Source: Phoronis australis
Lineage: Eukaryota > Animalia > Phoronida
Length of the DNA stretch: 64,000 bases
Direction of reading: 5' to 3'
NCBI GenBank assembly: GCA_002633005.1
Contig: NMRA01000273.1
Coordinates: 439,555-503,554, forward strand
Positions 50,512-64,000 of this stretch are shown here, one piece after another. Below the pieces are notes generated by a model. That model was not told where the DNA came from. It made no database searches and saw only the letters and a program-made list of their open reading frames with translations. How positions within the stretch are numbered: the first letter of the stretch is position 1; the number at the start of each line of letters is the position of its first letter. The position numbers were made by a program, and so were the translations under genes.

Positions 50512-51672
50512 CCGTAATCGTTCGGGTTAACGCCCATGCTCAGTTAACCGCCCACCCCTACTTTAGGTGGATTTTCGATTTAACCGCCCACTGCTTGGTT
50601 AACCGCCCCCCTGCTATTTTTGAAGATTTCCAATTAAGCGCCCACCTCTCGGTTAAGCGCCCATCCCCTACTTTTGACGATTGGTGATTACCGCCCTGTG
50701 CTAATAGGAAACGCGAATCCCCGANNNNNNNNNNNNNNNNNNNNNNNNNNNNNNNNNNNNNNNNNNNNNNNNNNNNNNNNNNNNNNNNNNNNNNNNNNNN
50801 NNNNNNNNNNNNNNNNNNNNNNNNNNNNNNNNNNNNNNNNNNNNNNNNNNNNNNNNNNNNNNNNNNNNNNNNNNNNNNNNNNNNNNNNNNNNNNNNNNNN
50901 NNNNNNNNNNNNNNNNNNNNNNNNNNNNNNNNNNNNNNNNNNNNNNNNNNNNNNNNNNNNNNNNNNNNNNNNNNNNNNNNNNNNNNNNNNNNNNNNNNNN
51001 NNNNNNNNNNNNNNNNNNNNNNNNNNNNNNNNNNNNNNNNNNNNNNNNNNNNNNNNNNNNNNNNNNNNNNNNNNNNNNNNNNNNNNNNNNNNNNNNNNNN
51101 NNNNNNNNNNNNNNNNNNNNNNNNNNNNNNNNNNNNNNNNNNNNNNNNNNNNNNNNNNNNNNNNNNNNNNNNNNNNNNNNNNNNNNNNNNNNNNNNNNNN
51201 NNNNNNNNNNNNNNNNNNNNNNNNNNNNNNNNNNNNNNNNNNNNNNNNNNNNNNNNNNNNNNNNNNNNNNNNNNNNNNNNNNNNNNNNNNNNNNNNNNNN
51301 NNNNNNNNNNNNNNNNNNNNNNNNNNNNNNNNNNNNNNNNNNNNNNNNNNNNNNNNNNNNNNNNNNNNNNNNNNNNNNNNNNNNNNNNNNNNNNNNNNNN
51401 NNNNNNNNNNNNNNNNNNNNNNNNNNNNNNNNNNNNNNNNNNNNNNNNNNNNNNNNNNNNNNNNNNNNNNNNNNNNNNNNNNNNNNNNNNNNNNNNNNNN
51501 NNNNNNNNNNNNNNNNNNNNNNNNNNNNNNNNNNNNNNNNNNNNNNNNNNNNCCCCCCCCCCCGATTTCTTGAAATTTCACGTTTAAGCGCCCATGTCTG
51601 GTTAACCGCCCACCCCCGATTTTTTGGGTTCGCCAATTTAACCGCCCAGGGCGTTAACCCAAACGATTACGG
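50512..51672 (-). mobile_element. Tc2/pogo-like non-autonomous element, copy 3 (inverted; interior is an N gap)
   Basis: TA|CCGTAATCGTTCGGGTTAACGCCC ... GGGCGTTAACCCAAACGATTACGG|TA. The ends are reverse complements of the copy 2 ends. Confidence 0.9.
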
Positions 51673-54600
51673 TATTTTCTGAATCTAACAGTCAACCCAT
51701 GAAAGTATTTTTTCTGAAACTAAGTCATACAAATCTATTCACACCATTCACAGCACTGTGCAATTCTTGTGGTCACGTGTACAGCATTCACCAAATTTTC
51801 ATAAAACACTCAAAAACTGTTTCAGAGATTATCCGTAACTTGAGCAATGATATGTTCAGTGATTTTAATGATAGTAAAACACTTGATGAAAGTACCAATA
51901 AAAGTCTGCAATATCGTTTTTACACTCAGAGATTGTGCTGTAAGAAAATCCAAACCAGGTTAAAATCAAATGGACTCATTCTCAAGATCAGGTATCAGTG
52001 TTTGAGGTCCTGCTCAAACGGCAATCAGCAATCGTTGAACAACATGCTTTTGAGTCATGATTTATTATCCAGTCTAAACTTGAGGTTGGTAACAGTTTCA
52101 AGGTAGGATTTAAATCTAATTTGTAAACAATTGCAGAACTCCTGGAAGGTTTTCTAATCTGCATTAGGTGGACAAACTTGCAGTTTGGCTTCAACTGGAG
52201 CGCGGCCGCTCGCCGTCAGCTTACACCTGAGCTTTATCTTACATTTTGACAAAATCTTCCCCACAGTATGACATTTACATGGTTTAACAATGAATAAAAA
52301 TTTCCAAACTCTGAAATGATACAACAGAAACCGGATTCATTAGATGGAATGGGGGGTTCACAAACAATAGGGTATTGCATTATGAGAAAACTTGCAAGAC
52401 TTGATTTGACTCAATTTGATGGGTTTCAGATAAACAAATCGACTGTGATCATAAGAGTCTTTCAAAAACTGATGATTTTCACTAGAAAATACTTATATCA
52501 AGTCATCAAATTTATATGAAATCCTCACCCTTTTTGCTGAGTGAATAACTCATACTTTTAGACTAGCATTTATGAGAAATACGGGTACACGTAACCTTAA
52601 ACTAGCAATGAGAAATATTTCACATTAACCATAGTTCATATTTCATTAGTGCCAACAAAAATCTATATATCCTACTTTCCAGGGACTGTTTGTGCTACTT
52701 CCGTGTGACAAGAATTTTGAACAGATGCCAAAACCAGTCACTTGTTTTCAAGCTTTTTTTCAGCCCCAGAGGTCACAGACCAACGACCTCATAACACGAC
52801 CACTGATCTTAGCACTCAAAAATTCATTCACAAACTGACCAGCAGGAAGTTTTTGGTTTATCACTTAAGCCTTTCTCACAAAACAATAACCAAAAGCATT
52901 AGATTTTTGTCAACAATTGGGTGGAATGGAAAGATGGTGCTGGTGACATGTTAGCAAGAGTATGGTAACAAGTTAACTGGGTACTTACAAGCAAAACCAT
53001 TCATCTCGAGATTTCTCTTTGGTTTATTGGGACACCAATGTTTGTACTGATTTTCAAACAACACGCATGTCATCAATTTTTTGGTTGAGTCATCTCTTAA
53101 AATTTATGACATAAGTCATTGATCTCCATTTCACATTTTTTACTTTTTTGTATTTTTGCATGCCCTGTATTTGTTACAGTTCTGCGCAAAATTACTTAGT
53201 GGTCCGTACTTTTGAGCACATCACTCAGGTTAAAACTTATTATTGAAAGATGAAGGCGAGTTAAAACTTGCAGATTTAAAAGTTAGGAGCAAAATCAAGA
53301 TATCAAGGAATGAGAATTCAAAAATCAATCTTTAATTCAACATCTGCACGTACATAACTTTGTTGTTATTTATTTACTTCTGTGCTATGTTAAATTTTAA
53401 AACCCCCATGCAAAAAACAAGTTGTGAAACAAAGCAAGCGCATGACAATACTTAACTGGGAGGGCTGATCAAATCACTGGATCACATGGGCCTCATGAAA
53501 TTAAGTGTTTATATTGGAGTTCACAATGAAATATTATTGAGGCATCGAATCCTGATTTACGCAGGAACAGTTTAATGGCCAAATGATTTATCCTTTCCTA
53601 CTGCTGGACACGTGTCTCGACTTAACTTATAGCATGTCGTTCACACTGTGATTTTTGTTCTTTTCATGGTGAAGATCATATTGGTGCCATTAAGAGACTT
53701 TCAAAAATGACTTAAGGTTGACCAATCAGAAGTTTTTTGCTTACACATAAGGAGAATCACAGGCATTGTTGAAATCTTGAATGCAAACATTTCTACGAAT
53801 TTTTTATAATCTGGTTGAAACGTATGGTTTTGTACTTCGAAGTTGTGGTGAGTGACCGACTTACTTTGAAGACACAAAAAATGAGTGATGAAAGCATTTA
53901 GATGATAAAATACCAAGTTCATTTAGCGCCTACTTATTTCAAACCATAAGCAATTCTAATATGACTTTGAACCCATTGGAAAAATCCGCCTCTTTTCAAT
54001 TTTTTTTAAAGCAGCACTTTTTAATGGCACGGGTTAATTGTCGGGTTTCATCAAATCAGGATTTTAAAGGTGTATATCTTACTTAATCACTTTGTACAGA
54101 GCAAATTACCAACCAAAATAAGGGAAATGTTTCATTTTTGAAGGATGTTTTGTCACAATTTTGGAAAATTTTACTGACTCATAAATGTGTTTTGAATCAT
54201 TTTACTTGACTTGCTGCGATTTAAGTTTTATTGTCTGCTTCTGGCATCATTGCTAAAGTCAAAGGCATATTGCCATGGATAGGAACAGAAAATCTCTGTG
54301 TGGCCATCAGATTTAAACATTGAAGGAACACAGTTCACCAGTTGGCATTTTCGTATTATACTCCCTCCATATCTTTTCTGGTTTGAGTAACTATTCTTCA
54401 ATTAACTTCATTTTTATAGAAAAAAAAACAACTGAAAAGTTTCATAAGACGTGATGCAGTAAATGAAATATTCTAAATTCACCAAAGGCCTCGGAAGAAG
54501 TAACATTTCCCTTTAATCTGCTTCCAAATTTTTTTCTTACAAATGCCCACAAAAACATCCATTGCCACAAAGAACATTCAAACCCATAATGGCGATTGAA

Positions 54601-57600
54601 AAAGATGTTACTACTGTAATTTCAATCAGGTTGGGAAACCCATTCAAGATTGGACTGATACCCGATTTCATTATGCAGGTAGAAACCGACCGCAGTGGTG
54701 GCATGGAAGATTGCAGAAACACTATTAGAATTTCTGAAAATAGGCCCATGTGCTGACCTTTCAAAAACATCAAATGAAACCAACGGACAAGGCAGTGCAG
54801 ATGTGTTCTTGGTCATCTGTCATGGTTCAAGTTCGCAAAGCACTGATTAATGAAAATAACTGACGAATGGACTAATAAAGTAAGAGTTGTGAGCACCAAT
54901 GTTCACTTAGCAAAAAATTAGTATTGGAATAACCCACTGGACATGAATGCCAATCCAATAGCAGACTTTCCGCTTTGTTAAGTTTGAAGGGCACAACAGA
55001 GGCTAGTCTCATCCAGTGAAGTCAGATCAAGTACAGTATACTAGGGGCTCGCAAGGCCAGGGTAACACCACCCAATTATTAGAGTGGAAATCATAACATA
55101 GAAGAGATTACAAATGCAACGCAACCTCGAGCGAGAACGCGTAACAAACAGCGTGCAGAATGATAGTACCCGGAACTGCACGACGATAAAACGTGCAGTG
55201 AGAACACCCCAAGTTTAAAGACATCAGAGCGACTTGTGATCACTCCACGTTTGAGACCTATCAGCCAGGATGTGATGCGTTAACTATGTGCCAGGACACG
55301 GGCTTGAAAGAAATGCGACTTTCAAGAATTTTTGAAGGTGCACAAAATATAACAGAACAAAGGATTTCCTGTCGAAAAACAAAGCAAGACAACAATGAGG
55401 CTAAGATGCAGAGCCATGTGGAGAGCGATGGGTCCAGCTGTCTTGGAGCCTTAGTGGTTTAGGATATAAATTAATGTACCGATATCAATAAACATGCAGT
55501 TGGTTTCTGTAATACATGCAATCATTGAACTTGTAAATTCACGAGGTCAGTTGTAACTTTAACTTAGTTCAGTTCAATTCAGTGTAATATTGTGACAGGT
55601 TATATTAATAGTTTCATATTTTGTTGCAGGAATTTGTGTCTGTTTGTCACACGCATAGCGGCCAGCCATGTTGAAGTTTTTTGTTGGAATACAGTATATT
55701 TGAGATGAAATTTACGGTAAAAATTGACAGTGAAAATTTAATTAATTTGCTCAAGCTCAGAGCTTATACCAAATTTCACATATATGCAATATCACATTCA
55801 AGAATCACAGATAAGTTGGCACAATTACTTACTCTGTAGATTGAAAACTCGTCCGAAATTTGGTGCATACCAAAATCACCTTTGTCCTTAATTACAAAAT
55901 GAAGACAATTCAATTTTTGCAGGAGCTTCCATGTCCCTAATTCTTAGAGACTGTCCCAAATTGGAGAATTTTTATCGTACCCTATTTTGAAATGCGAGAT
56001 TGATTGTTATTACAATATTATGTTCCTCCTACTCATTAGCTTGTAATACAGATATAGAATAGATATTTATTTGTATGAATGTTTTAGAGATTCATTTTAG
56101 CTTAAATGTATACTTGAATGCTTGCACCTACTCGTGGCACACTGCTTTATTTGTTTCATTTTCATTCTACCTATGACCCCAGCATGATTCCAGCATCACA
56201 TTAGTAAACAAGTGGAAATAAATGTCATCATTATCCCTCTATTGTGCATTCAACACACCTTACATACATTTTAATTAGTTTAATGGATAAAACGTAAGTC
56301 ATGAATTTTAAGACTAATAATCAAAATATTTATTCTGAAAAGCACTTTGATCACAAGACATAACAATCACAAGACAACAGGAACTTGTCAAAGATCTGTA
56401 TGGAATTTATCAATGAGTCAGGTGACAGCTCTCATCGACCATGTGGGAATTTAATGGTGAAATTCTTATTTTAGCAATATCTGCTTTTTTAAGACAAAGA
56501 ACAATGCCTTTTCATTAATTAACCCATTCAAGTGATGTATACTATGATCTTTCAAGCATACCATACTCAACATGCACCTTCACTTCCCCATTTTGAAACG
56601 TCGCTCAAAATAATCGATCTTACACCAGTTGCAAGCACGGATCCCTATTGGCGAAATACAACTAGTGCCAAAAAACCATGCCAGTTGGACATTTGCTGAA
56701 CAATTGATGAGTGACAAAAGACCTGCGCTTTTACGAAAAGTTACCGAAAATTTTTAGCTTAAATAGGACACAACCATGAATGCGTATTTGACTGTTTTAA
56801 AAATAAGTTTTTGCTACAATGAAAAATTACAATAATGAACACCTATCTATAAGTAGCCTTTCAAATATTTCTAAGTCTAAAAGCCGAAATTCAAGGGCTG
56901 CAAAGGATTTTATATGTCAGAATTAAATTAAAGGACTGTTCCAAGGCCAAGGCTTTAACTTCAAAGGCTTCTCATTTCAAAGCAGTACAACCAAGTACTA
57001 TGCAAAAACCCATACCCAGAATTAAGATGGACATCTACTACATCATGATAATGACCTTGAAATTCAATCTATAGACCAAAACACTGATTGAATGAAGGGC
57101 TGCCCACTTTTAATGATAAGCACACAGGTGTAACATTGAAAACACAAGTTGAGATCTGCTGTCTCTGCATGGGCTGAAATGCAAATGGAACCAACTCATG
57201 GTCTAAAGGTCAGCTTTTACGGAGTGAAATTATTTCGGCAAGAGTAATTGCTTGAAATGACAGTTTTCTAACTTCTTTTAGCCCTTATGCTCTACAGAGT
57301 TAGAACAGTGGGTTAATTATGCATGCCCTCACAAAGTTTGTAGGAATTTTGTTGACAAATGTCCACAATTGTAACCTGTTATCAATTACATTGTGTTGAA
57401 CAAATGTTCCAACTACTGTTTGTAACTTGGACAAGAAAAAGCTTTTACATCCCCCCTTCAGAATTGTGGTACAAGAATTTTCCAGTTGTGTGACAATAGA
57501 CGCCTTTTTGCTTGAAACTATCAGGTAAACTTTCACCCGCTATTGTTGTCATTTCATTAAGGTTTTCCAGTTGAAAGTGGTACATTTTATACGAGTACCA

Positions 57601-60600
57601 TTCAAGAGACAGATCAGGTTTGAAACATCGATAATAAACCAGTTTGATGCCCATTACTCAGTGGAAAGAACTGGTCCCCAAAATGCAGGACTTCTTGAAG
57701 TGCCCATTACCAAAGTATCTGTAACCATGTCTATCGGTGGTGACGCAGCAGTAAAGGTTCGTTTATTCTAGCACGAGAGAATTACAAGGAAATTCAAACC
57801 TAAACTGTGCAGCATTTTTTCTGTTATTTTAAAGAGACATGGAACGCGAAAGCTCATCAAAATATCAATTCCTGACGAAAAGTACCATCTCGCTATGTCT
57901 AGTATAGAGCAATTCACTTTCCCAGGTGACGAAATTTCAAGAAAAAACCACAAAATTTACGATTTTTTAGATACGTGCGAAGGAAAAACTGTGGTTACCC
58001 CAGAGTTTCTAACCTCCCTCCCACTTATGATAAATGCACGCATGCGTTCAGTCACTTGCTTGAAGTCGCTTGAGGTCAAAGGTCACATTTTCCATATGTG
58101 CTATGTATGTCTTGACATACCAAATAAGAAAACGTGCTTTGCCTTGTGGGAGAAAAATCCACAAAGTGCCAAGCAGTTGACAATTTTTTGAAATTTGAAA
58201 CTAAAAGAAAATGCTTTGATATGAACAGAAATTAAAAATCTACACGCACAAATCCTAAATATACCTGATGAGCAGGTTGGATTCTGTTTCATGTTCCAGG
58301 CCTCTTTAATAAAAAATTATTCTGTTTCAAGCTATATATTGTTTTTGTTTCTGTTTGTATGTCTTACTAAGAGTTCACCAATTTAAATCAGCTCAATTCA
58401 ATATTACGACAATTCTATTTTTTACACCGTAAGTCAGGTTGCCTATTTGCTTGTCAGTCTTTCCATCTGCGAGTGTATTCAAAGATGAGGTATGTCATCA
58501 ACATCTCGCTCTGTTTCGTTCAATTCCATCAACTCCAGCTCTCCGAGCAGTTATACCTAAGTGCCTACCGAGACCAAAAGCCCACTATAATTGTGTAAAT
58601 TCATAACCACGAAAGACAAAAACTGGACGCCGCACAAAAAAAAGAAATTACATATTCTCTGGCAACGGATGTATCATGAGGTTTGCCAAGGAATCGTGCC
58701 ACCGCAGATATTTCTTGGCTAACACATCTTTGGCAAGAGTCCAACATCATAAATATCACAACTGATTCACACAACCACCAGATAATTCATCAAACAGATT
58801 TGCTGGCAAATTCCTTTGCTATAGGCCAAGTCAACAAAAACCACATAGTAAGAGCAGTTTTTGACGTGCTAAAATGTTTGACAGAAATGACTATATGTTC
58901 TTTCCCATACAGTTAACTTCGCTACAATCGAAGCTGTGATGTCAACTGTGGTACACCCTGGAGTTGAGCGTGAGTGTTCACATCAGCTTCAGAGTTATAC
59001 TTCAGTGTAGTTATCGCAAGGCGGCGCCAATATAACCTTGGCCTGTACAATGAGCCGTACATAATTAATTAATCTCATTGGGCCTGCATAAGGTTGTACA
59101 CCTTACTACTTTTGTCCTTGCCATAAAAATGGCAAGGACTGCGCCCCTCTCCCCAGACACGAGGACATCAAGTGCTAGTTGTTAAGAGTTCCCACTGACA
59201 AAAGCTTCGGTAATACCGAAACTTCGGAGGCAGTGGGAAAGGCCTTGATGGCTAAACTGCTTGCAAACTTCATCTCTAATGACTCTGTGGCAATGGCAGT
59301 GGATAGGCAAACTAGCCCACCAATATCTATAGGAGGTCAAGTAATTTAAAGTCACAACCTCAACTTGACTATCTTATTTTGGACATGCAGCAAGTCGTTT
59401 TTGCTTGACTGGCCTAATTTTCAAAGTTTATGGTCTTAACACATTTTAAACAGAGCACAAGTTATTGCTTCAATCAGAAAATTTCATGTCACTATTGTAA
59501 CTCATTATAAATTAATTTATTGACCTTAGAATGACAAATACCAAACCAATAGGGCCATCCCAGATTACATAGTCATAGCAGGCTCCTTTGTCCTGGAGAT
59601 AAGAAAGCACGTGACCTCGTTTAGGAAATCAGGCACATTTTGGCAGATCATGTCGGAGACCGGCGAGATGTATAGCCATGGAAATACTCCTGATTTCAAC
59701 TGTTCATGAAGTACAGGAGATTCAAGTGTCGCTGTATAATCAGGGATGGCCCTATTCCATTCAAGACGCTGATTAGCATAGCAACAGCGATACATGTGTC
59801 TTCCTGATCCATACCCACAGCATTGTGGATACCATTATTATCCCCGCACCCAGAGGGGGCTCAGGGACTCAAATGAGTCCCCCATTTGGCGAAGTTGGCA
59901 AAAAGGTCCGCCTCAGAGAAACGAAAAGTCCAAAACAGTAGAAAATGAAACAAAAGTCCACTAAAAAGGCAGAACTACCAAAATTCAGCGCATGCACAAT
60001 TCACAGCTTTGAACGTACCCCCTTTTTTAGTAAAAGGTCGCAATCTCAGAAATTCGAGCAACCCCCATTTTTAGACTGGGAGCGTGCATGATTATGTATT
60101 TCAAATTTGATGGTTTCTTTGGTTAAGATAATGTTGAGTATGGCTACTATTCTCTATTTCTAGAATTTGCACCAAGCTCTAACCTTCAACAAAATAAGTT
60201 TTCATTGTCCCAAATTAAGGAATTTTTACTGTCCAACTGAAAGTCCTCAGTTAAAGGAAATCCGAGCCATCAAAGATTGACCACATTCTACAAAAGAATG
60301 GGCCATGAAACTTTGATTAAAGTCATGTCCACACTACCAGTTAACCTAGAACAGCTTGCCCTACAGCAACTTGCCCTCATTAAACCAAGCGCTCACACTA
60401 CAAACCATACACCTTGAGACCAATATGGTTGCAAAAATTATTGGACACCTCAAAATGTGTAACTGAGCAAGTGCACAGCTGGCAAATTGCTTCTGCCTTT
60501 GTCAGTGCACTTGCATGCACACCACGGCTTGGGCTGGGGCATATCCTAATGCTGGCAAATTTACACTGCTGTGCGAAAAACGGCAATACCTCTTGAAATA

Positions 60601-61334
60601 TCCATGGACGATGGACATCATGTCCCACTCATTTCCCACTGTGAAGCAGAATCCACAGCTACATAGTCGGTGGCCGAGATTGCCTTAAAGCGGTAGAATT
60701 TCAATCCTAGCCGATGTCAAAAAAAGACAAAATAAGTTAACTTATCCTAATATTAAACAATGGGATGGACTGACAGTGATATTTACTCCTGTTTTAAATT
60801 AATAAACCACTATGTAGTAAATGAAACTGATCACTGAATCTGAGTCAAGATCAAGCCAAAGTTGCTTTCTCACTCTCATTAGTTTAGAGAGCACCAAAAT
60901 GAAAGCCTGTTATTGAAAAATAGGTGCCAGTAAACTGAATCACCATATTGACATATGGGCCTTTTACATTAACGGCAACTCGAAGGTGTTCAGTGCGCGT
61001 CGGTTGGTGGGAACACTTACAGTAAATCCCCTTCGGATCAATCCCTTCTTGGATCCAAGTTAAAATTGCAATTAATCTTCGCAGTAATTAGGTGGATTTA
61101 ACTGCAGAGCATCGATGCATTGATATTCAGAGAAAATGCTAAACTTTAGTGACATCACAGTTATCACCAGATGTCCCTGTCAGCAACTCTATAAAATAGC
61201 AAAATCCATTGTTTTTTAGTACAAACAATGATTCCCGAGGTTAGCTTCCAGAGTTCCAGCTACTCCATAGAATTAACTGGAATTGAGGCCTGTGACCTTA
61301 TCAGTTAAATACACTTGGCTACATGCCACACTTG

Positions 61335-61450
61335 CTTTAGCTCCACTGGTAAAGCACTGGACTACAACCCATGAGGTCATGGCTTTCAACCAGTCTTATA
61401 ACTGATTATAAATACACAACATTGCTGGTGAAAATGTCCTTTAATAAAAG
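61335..61450 (+). mobile_element. Degenerate tRNA-derived SINE remnant
   Basis: A-box-like TAGCTCCACTGGTAAAGCA followed by ctggactacaacccatgaggtcatgg. The B box is degenerate. Confidence 0.35.
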
Positions 61451-62559
61451 TTTAAACTACAGAGTAAATACAATCCATCACCAAATGCAAGCTGTCATCC
61501 TTTCAGAAGGAGACTACAACTCTTTGTTCCTCAATGCAAAGGGAAGTTGAGACTTATGAAGATTAGTAACAAGTACAATGTTCAACTGACAATGACCTCT
61601 GAAGTTCTGAGCATTTATACTATATGTCATCACCCCCCATACTATGGGAAATGCCATTAGTAAAATGAGGTCTTTACATAATTCTTCAATCTCTGGACAT
61701 CTGTTATATCTCTGGGTAAATATGCCTATTACTAGTTTAATCACCAACACCAGCAAAAGTTTCCTACTACACTAGCAGTTGAAGGGCTCTCCATCAGCAA
61801 TGCGCTGATAGTGTAGTGGACAGAAGATCTGGTCTACATAATGTTGAATGATTGCAGTCCAAGTTACAGATTTTTGCAGAGGTTGCCATAGGTAACGGCA
61901 AACTGCAGTTGTTGTCAGTTGCTCCACCTTGTATTTTTGGGCAGGTTGTGTTGCACAACAAGTTGCTGTACTAGCATAAAATTGACCTTATTGACGAGTG
62001 TGCTTTTGACCAAATGCCTCCAAAACTATAGATATAACCCAGTAAAAGTATACATTTTCTGAAAGTAGAAAGCTCGTAAAATTATCTTTTTAATTTTTTC
62101 CAATATACCATACAATGGGTCACGTGACCATGTCTTTTTAGTATAGCAAAAAAGAAAGATGCGTTCACAGCAAACACGACCTTTTACATAAAGATAAAAA
62201 AATAGTTCAAGTTTTCTAAATCATTCTGTTTCCGTTTTACATGCAACTTCTAATTTCTTCCATCAAAATCATTTTAAGTCCTGTTTTTTATAAACTCTTA
62301 TGAAAAAATGAAATGCTTAAAACAATTCCTAACAGCCATTTCTAAAATAATTCATCAAGTCGCATCACCATTTAGTAGGAGACCAATTTTATCAGCATAA
62401 TTGTCTCACTTCATTTTTCTTTTTTTACTGCTAAATACTGAGGAAATCTTCATGTGGGAACCGTCATTAGTCATTTATGACCAGAATATCTTATTAGGCA
62501 CCAGCCTTCAAGAATAGGTCTTACATAACAAACGGTCTCCATACATTCACAGCCTGTTA

Positions 62560-62848
62560 AGGCCTTTTCATACTGACTTAACCCTGCCCAAGCGGAGTGT
62601 CGACATAAACTCCGAAGTTATCGAAACCGTTCATACCGGCTTCGGTAGTTACAAACATCGAAATAAACGGTAGATAACGCTGTTGTTATCGAAGTAATCA
62701 CAAGGTAGCACTGCACACTAAGATTTTTTTAATGTGACAGTTTGGGAACATTTACAAGTGCTAATTGACACAAAACTTATTTTTAATTCCATTGGTGATT
62801 ATTCGAACAAAATATAAACAACTATTAGCGACAACACTACCCTTAATA
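62560..62848. mobile_element. Partial PIF/Harbinger-like MITE related to 41598-42068 (opposite orientation)
   Basis: Terminus taAGGCCTTTTCATACTG. Shares the block attggtgattattcgaRcaaaatat...tagcgacaacactaccctt. Confidence 0.45.
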
Positions 62849-63205
62849 ACATCACCATAATAGTAATTTGACTTTGAGTCATCAAAATATAGTCATGTGT
62901 CATTGTTCATGGATGCCCTAAGAAACAGGAAAACCAATAGCGGAGTTGCAACCGAATCGATTTAACGATTGCGCATGTCCGGAAATTAGGGTGCGCAAAG
63001 GCTACTGGGATTGTTGATGGTAAACGGGATGACCGACTGGTTTGCACGACGTGTAATTTGAGTGCATTAAACTATGCTGCTGTATGTAATTCTGCCGCTA
63101 TTCGCCCTAATTAGCGCCCATGGCTCAATAAGTGCCCCAACGCGTTTTCAGACTTTGCTAAAGTAAGCGCCCAGCCCATGAACTACATGCGAAAAATGCC
63201 CTTAC

Positions 63206-63500
63206 CTACAGTTCTAACGTCTCCAATTTATCAATTGAAAGATCCGACAGCCTGAATTTGTAACGGACCACGAGCCTCACCGTTATGTCCGTATACACTT
63301 CAAACTTACGCCGCGATTCAAAAAGAACGCAGAAGTTTTGCTGCTCTTGCGAGGGATGTGCCCCACTACGCGGGTCTGGACTTTGAAAACAGACACAGCG
63401 TACTTGTCAAAGAGCGGGATTGCATTGTTTCTTTCCAGTACAGATCTTCTCCGGCCTCAAACTTCTTTGTGCATGTGAAAACCGTGAATCGAAGACTAAA
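63206..63500 (-). pseudogene. Frameshifted HIRAN-domain ORF relic beside a degenerate CCGTA-family-like transposon end (~63094-63175)
   Basis: Minus-strand pieces read LVFDS / IHGFHMHKEV* / GEDL / VLERNNAIPLFDKYAVSVFKVQTRVVGHIPRKSSKTSAFFLNRGVSLKCIRT* (63441-63283) / RLVVRYKFRLSDLSIDKLETLEL*. These match the HIRAN pattern GxHxY...GExL.LERE..N.xD.xAV.V....VGH.PR. Confidence 0.72.
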
Positions 63501-64000
63501 AAAAAAAACTCGACCAGTGTTAGCACGCGACCAAGAAGCGCGCGCTGCATAATGTACCGACTGTCATCGAAGATTAATCGGGTAACATAGCATCGGCAAA
63601 TAAATATTGGCACTAATTTCCGAAAGTTTCCAATACCGTAAAAAGCTTCTGCATTATTTTTAAGAGAAATTATTTAACTAATCATAATTGGTGTTTTTAA
63701 GGTCAAAATGACCCACTTCGCACCCTTACACCCCAAATCTTCCGGGAAATAGCTGTTACACTACGGTCACGCATCCACTCACCCGGCGACTCAATGAGTG
63801 ACATGTCGGTCTTACCGAAAAAATTCTCGAACGTTTTTAGCAGATGAGGCCAGCAAGTGCTAAGCCGTAAATATTAAAACACGCACTGCTTGACTTTTTT
63901 TTTTTTTTTGGATACAATGCACACCTAGATCATTACATTACTCTGGCAAATGAACTCTGACAAGCACACGCACGCTTACTCTCACACACACGCATACAAA

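Noticed and set aside
50674-51636. 297-311 aa ORFs
   Set aside because: Almost entirely N-gap translation.
58073-58085. Perfect DR1 AGGTCAaAGGTCA (imperfect versions at ~13750, ~34600, ~42275)
   Set aside because: The motif recurs in repeat-like contexts here and is a common component of invertebrate interspersed repeats. No independent support.

Overview
This is AT-rich animal genomic DNA from a draft scaffold, with N gaps at 868, 11541-11660, 19749-20492 and 50725-51552. It is probably a highly heterozygous invertebrate (inference). About 41.5 kb of the window is spanned by the identified exons of one large spliced gene on the minus strand, a protogenin-like (PRTG/IGDCC, DCC-neogenin family) Ig/FN3 receptor. 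I traced 10 coding exons from 44283 down to 2775 (2257 nt, about 752 codons). All have GT-AG junctions with compatible phases, and they encode Ig1-Ig4, FN3-1 to FN3-3 and half of FN3-4. The signal-peptide exon and the 3' exons were not found and probably lie outside the window. The introns and the region 5' of the first identified exon hold many non-autonomous DNA transposons: hAT MITEs with perfect 8-bp TSDs, three copies of a Tc2/pogo-like CCGTA element at TA sites, a MITE with a 10-bp TSD and asymmetric bipartite ends, and Harbinger-like and tRNA-SINE remnants. Two relics not resolved by the ORF track are the most notable. The first is a Kolobok-like deletion derivative in which a THAP N-terminus converges on a KolX/P2X7-ballast-like Cys-rich N-terminus. 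The second is a frameshifted HIRAN-domain gene beside a CCGTA-family-like end. No CRISPR array, rRNA or intact tRNA was found. All family assignments come from motif recognition by eye, not database searches.
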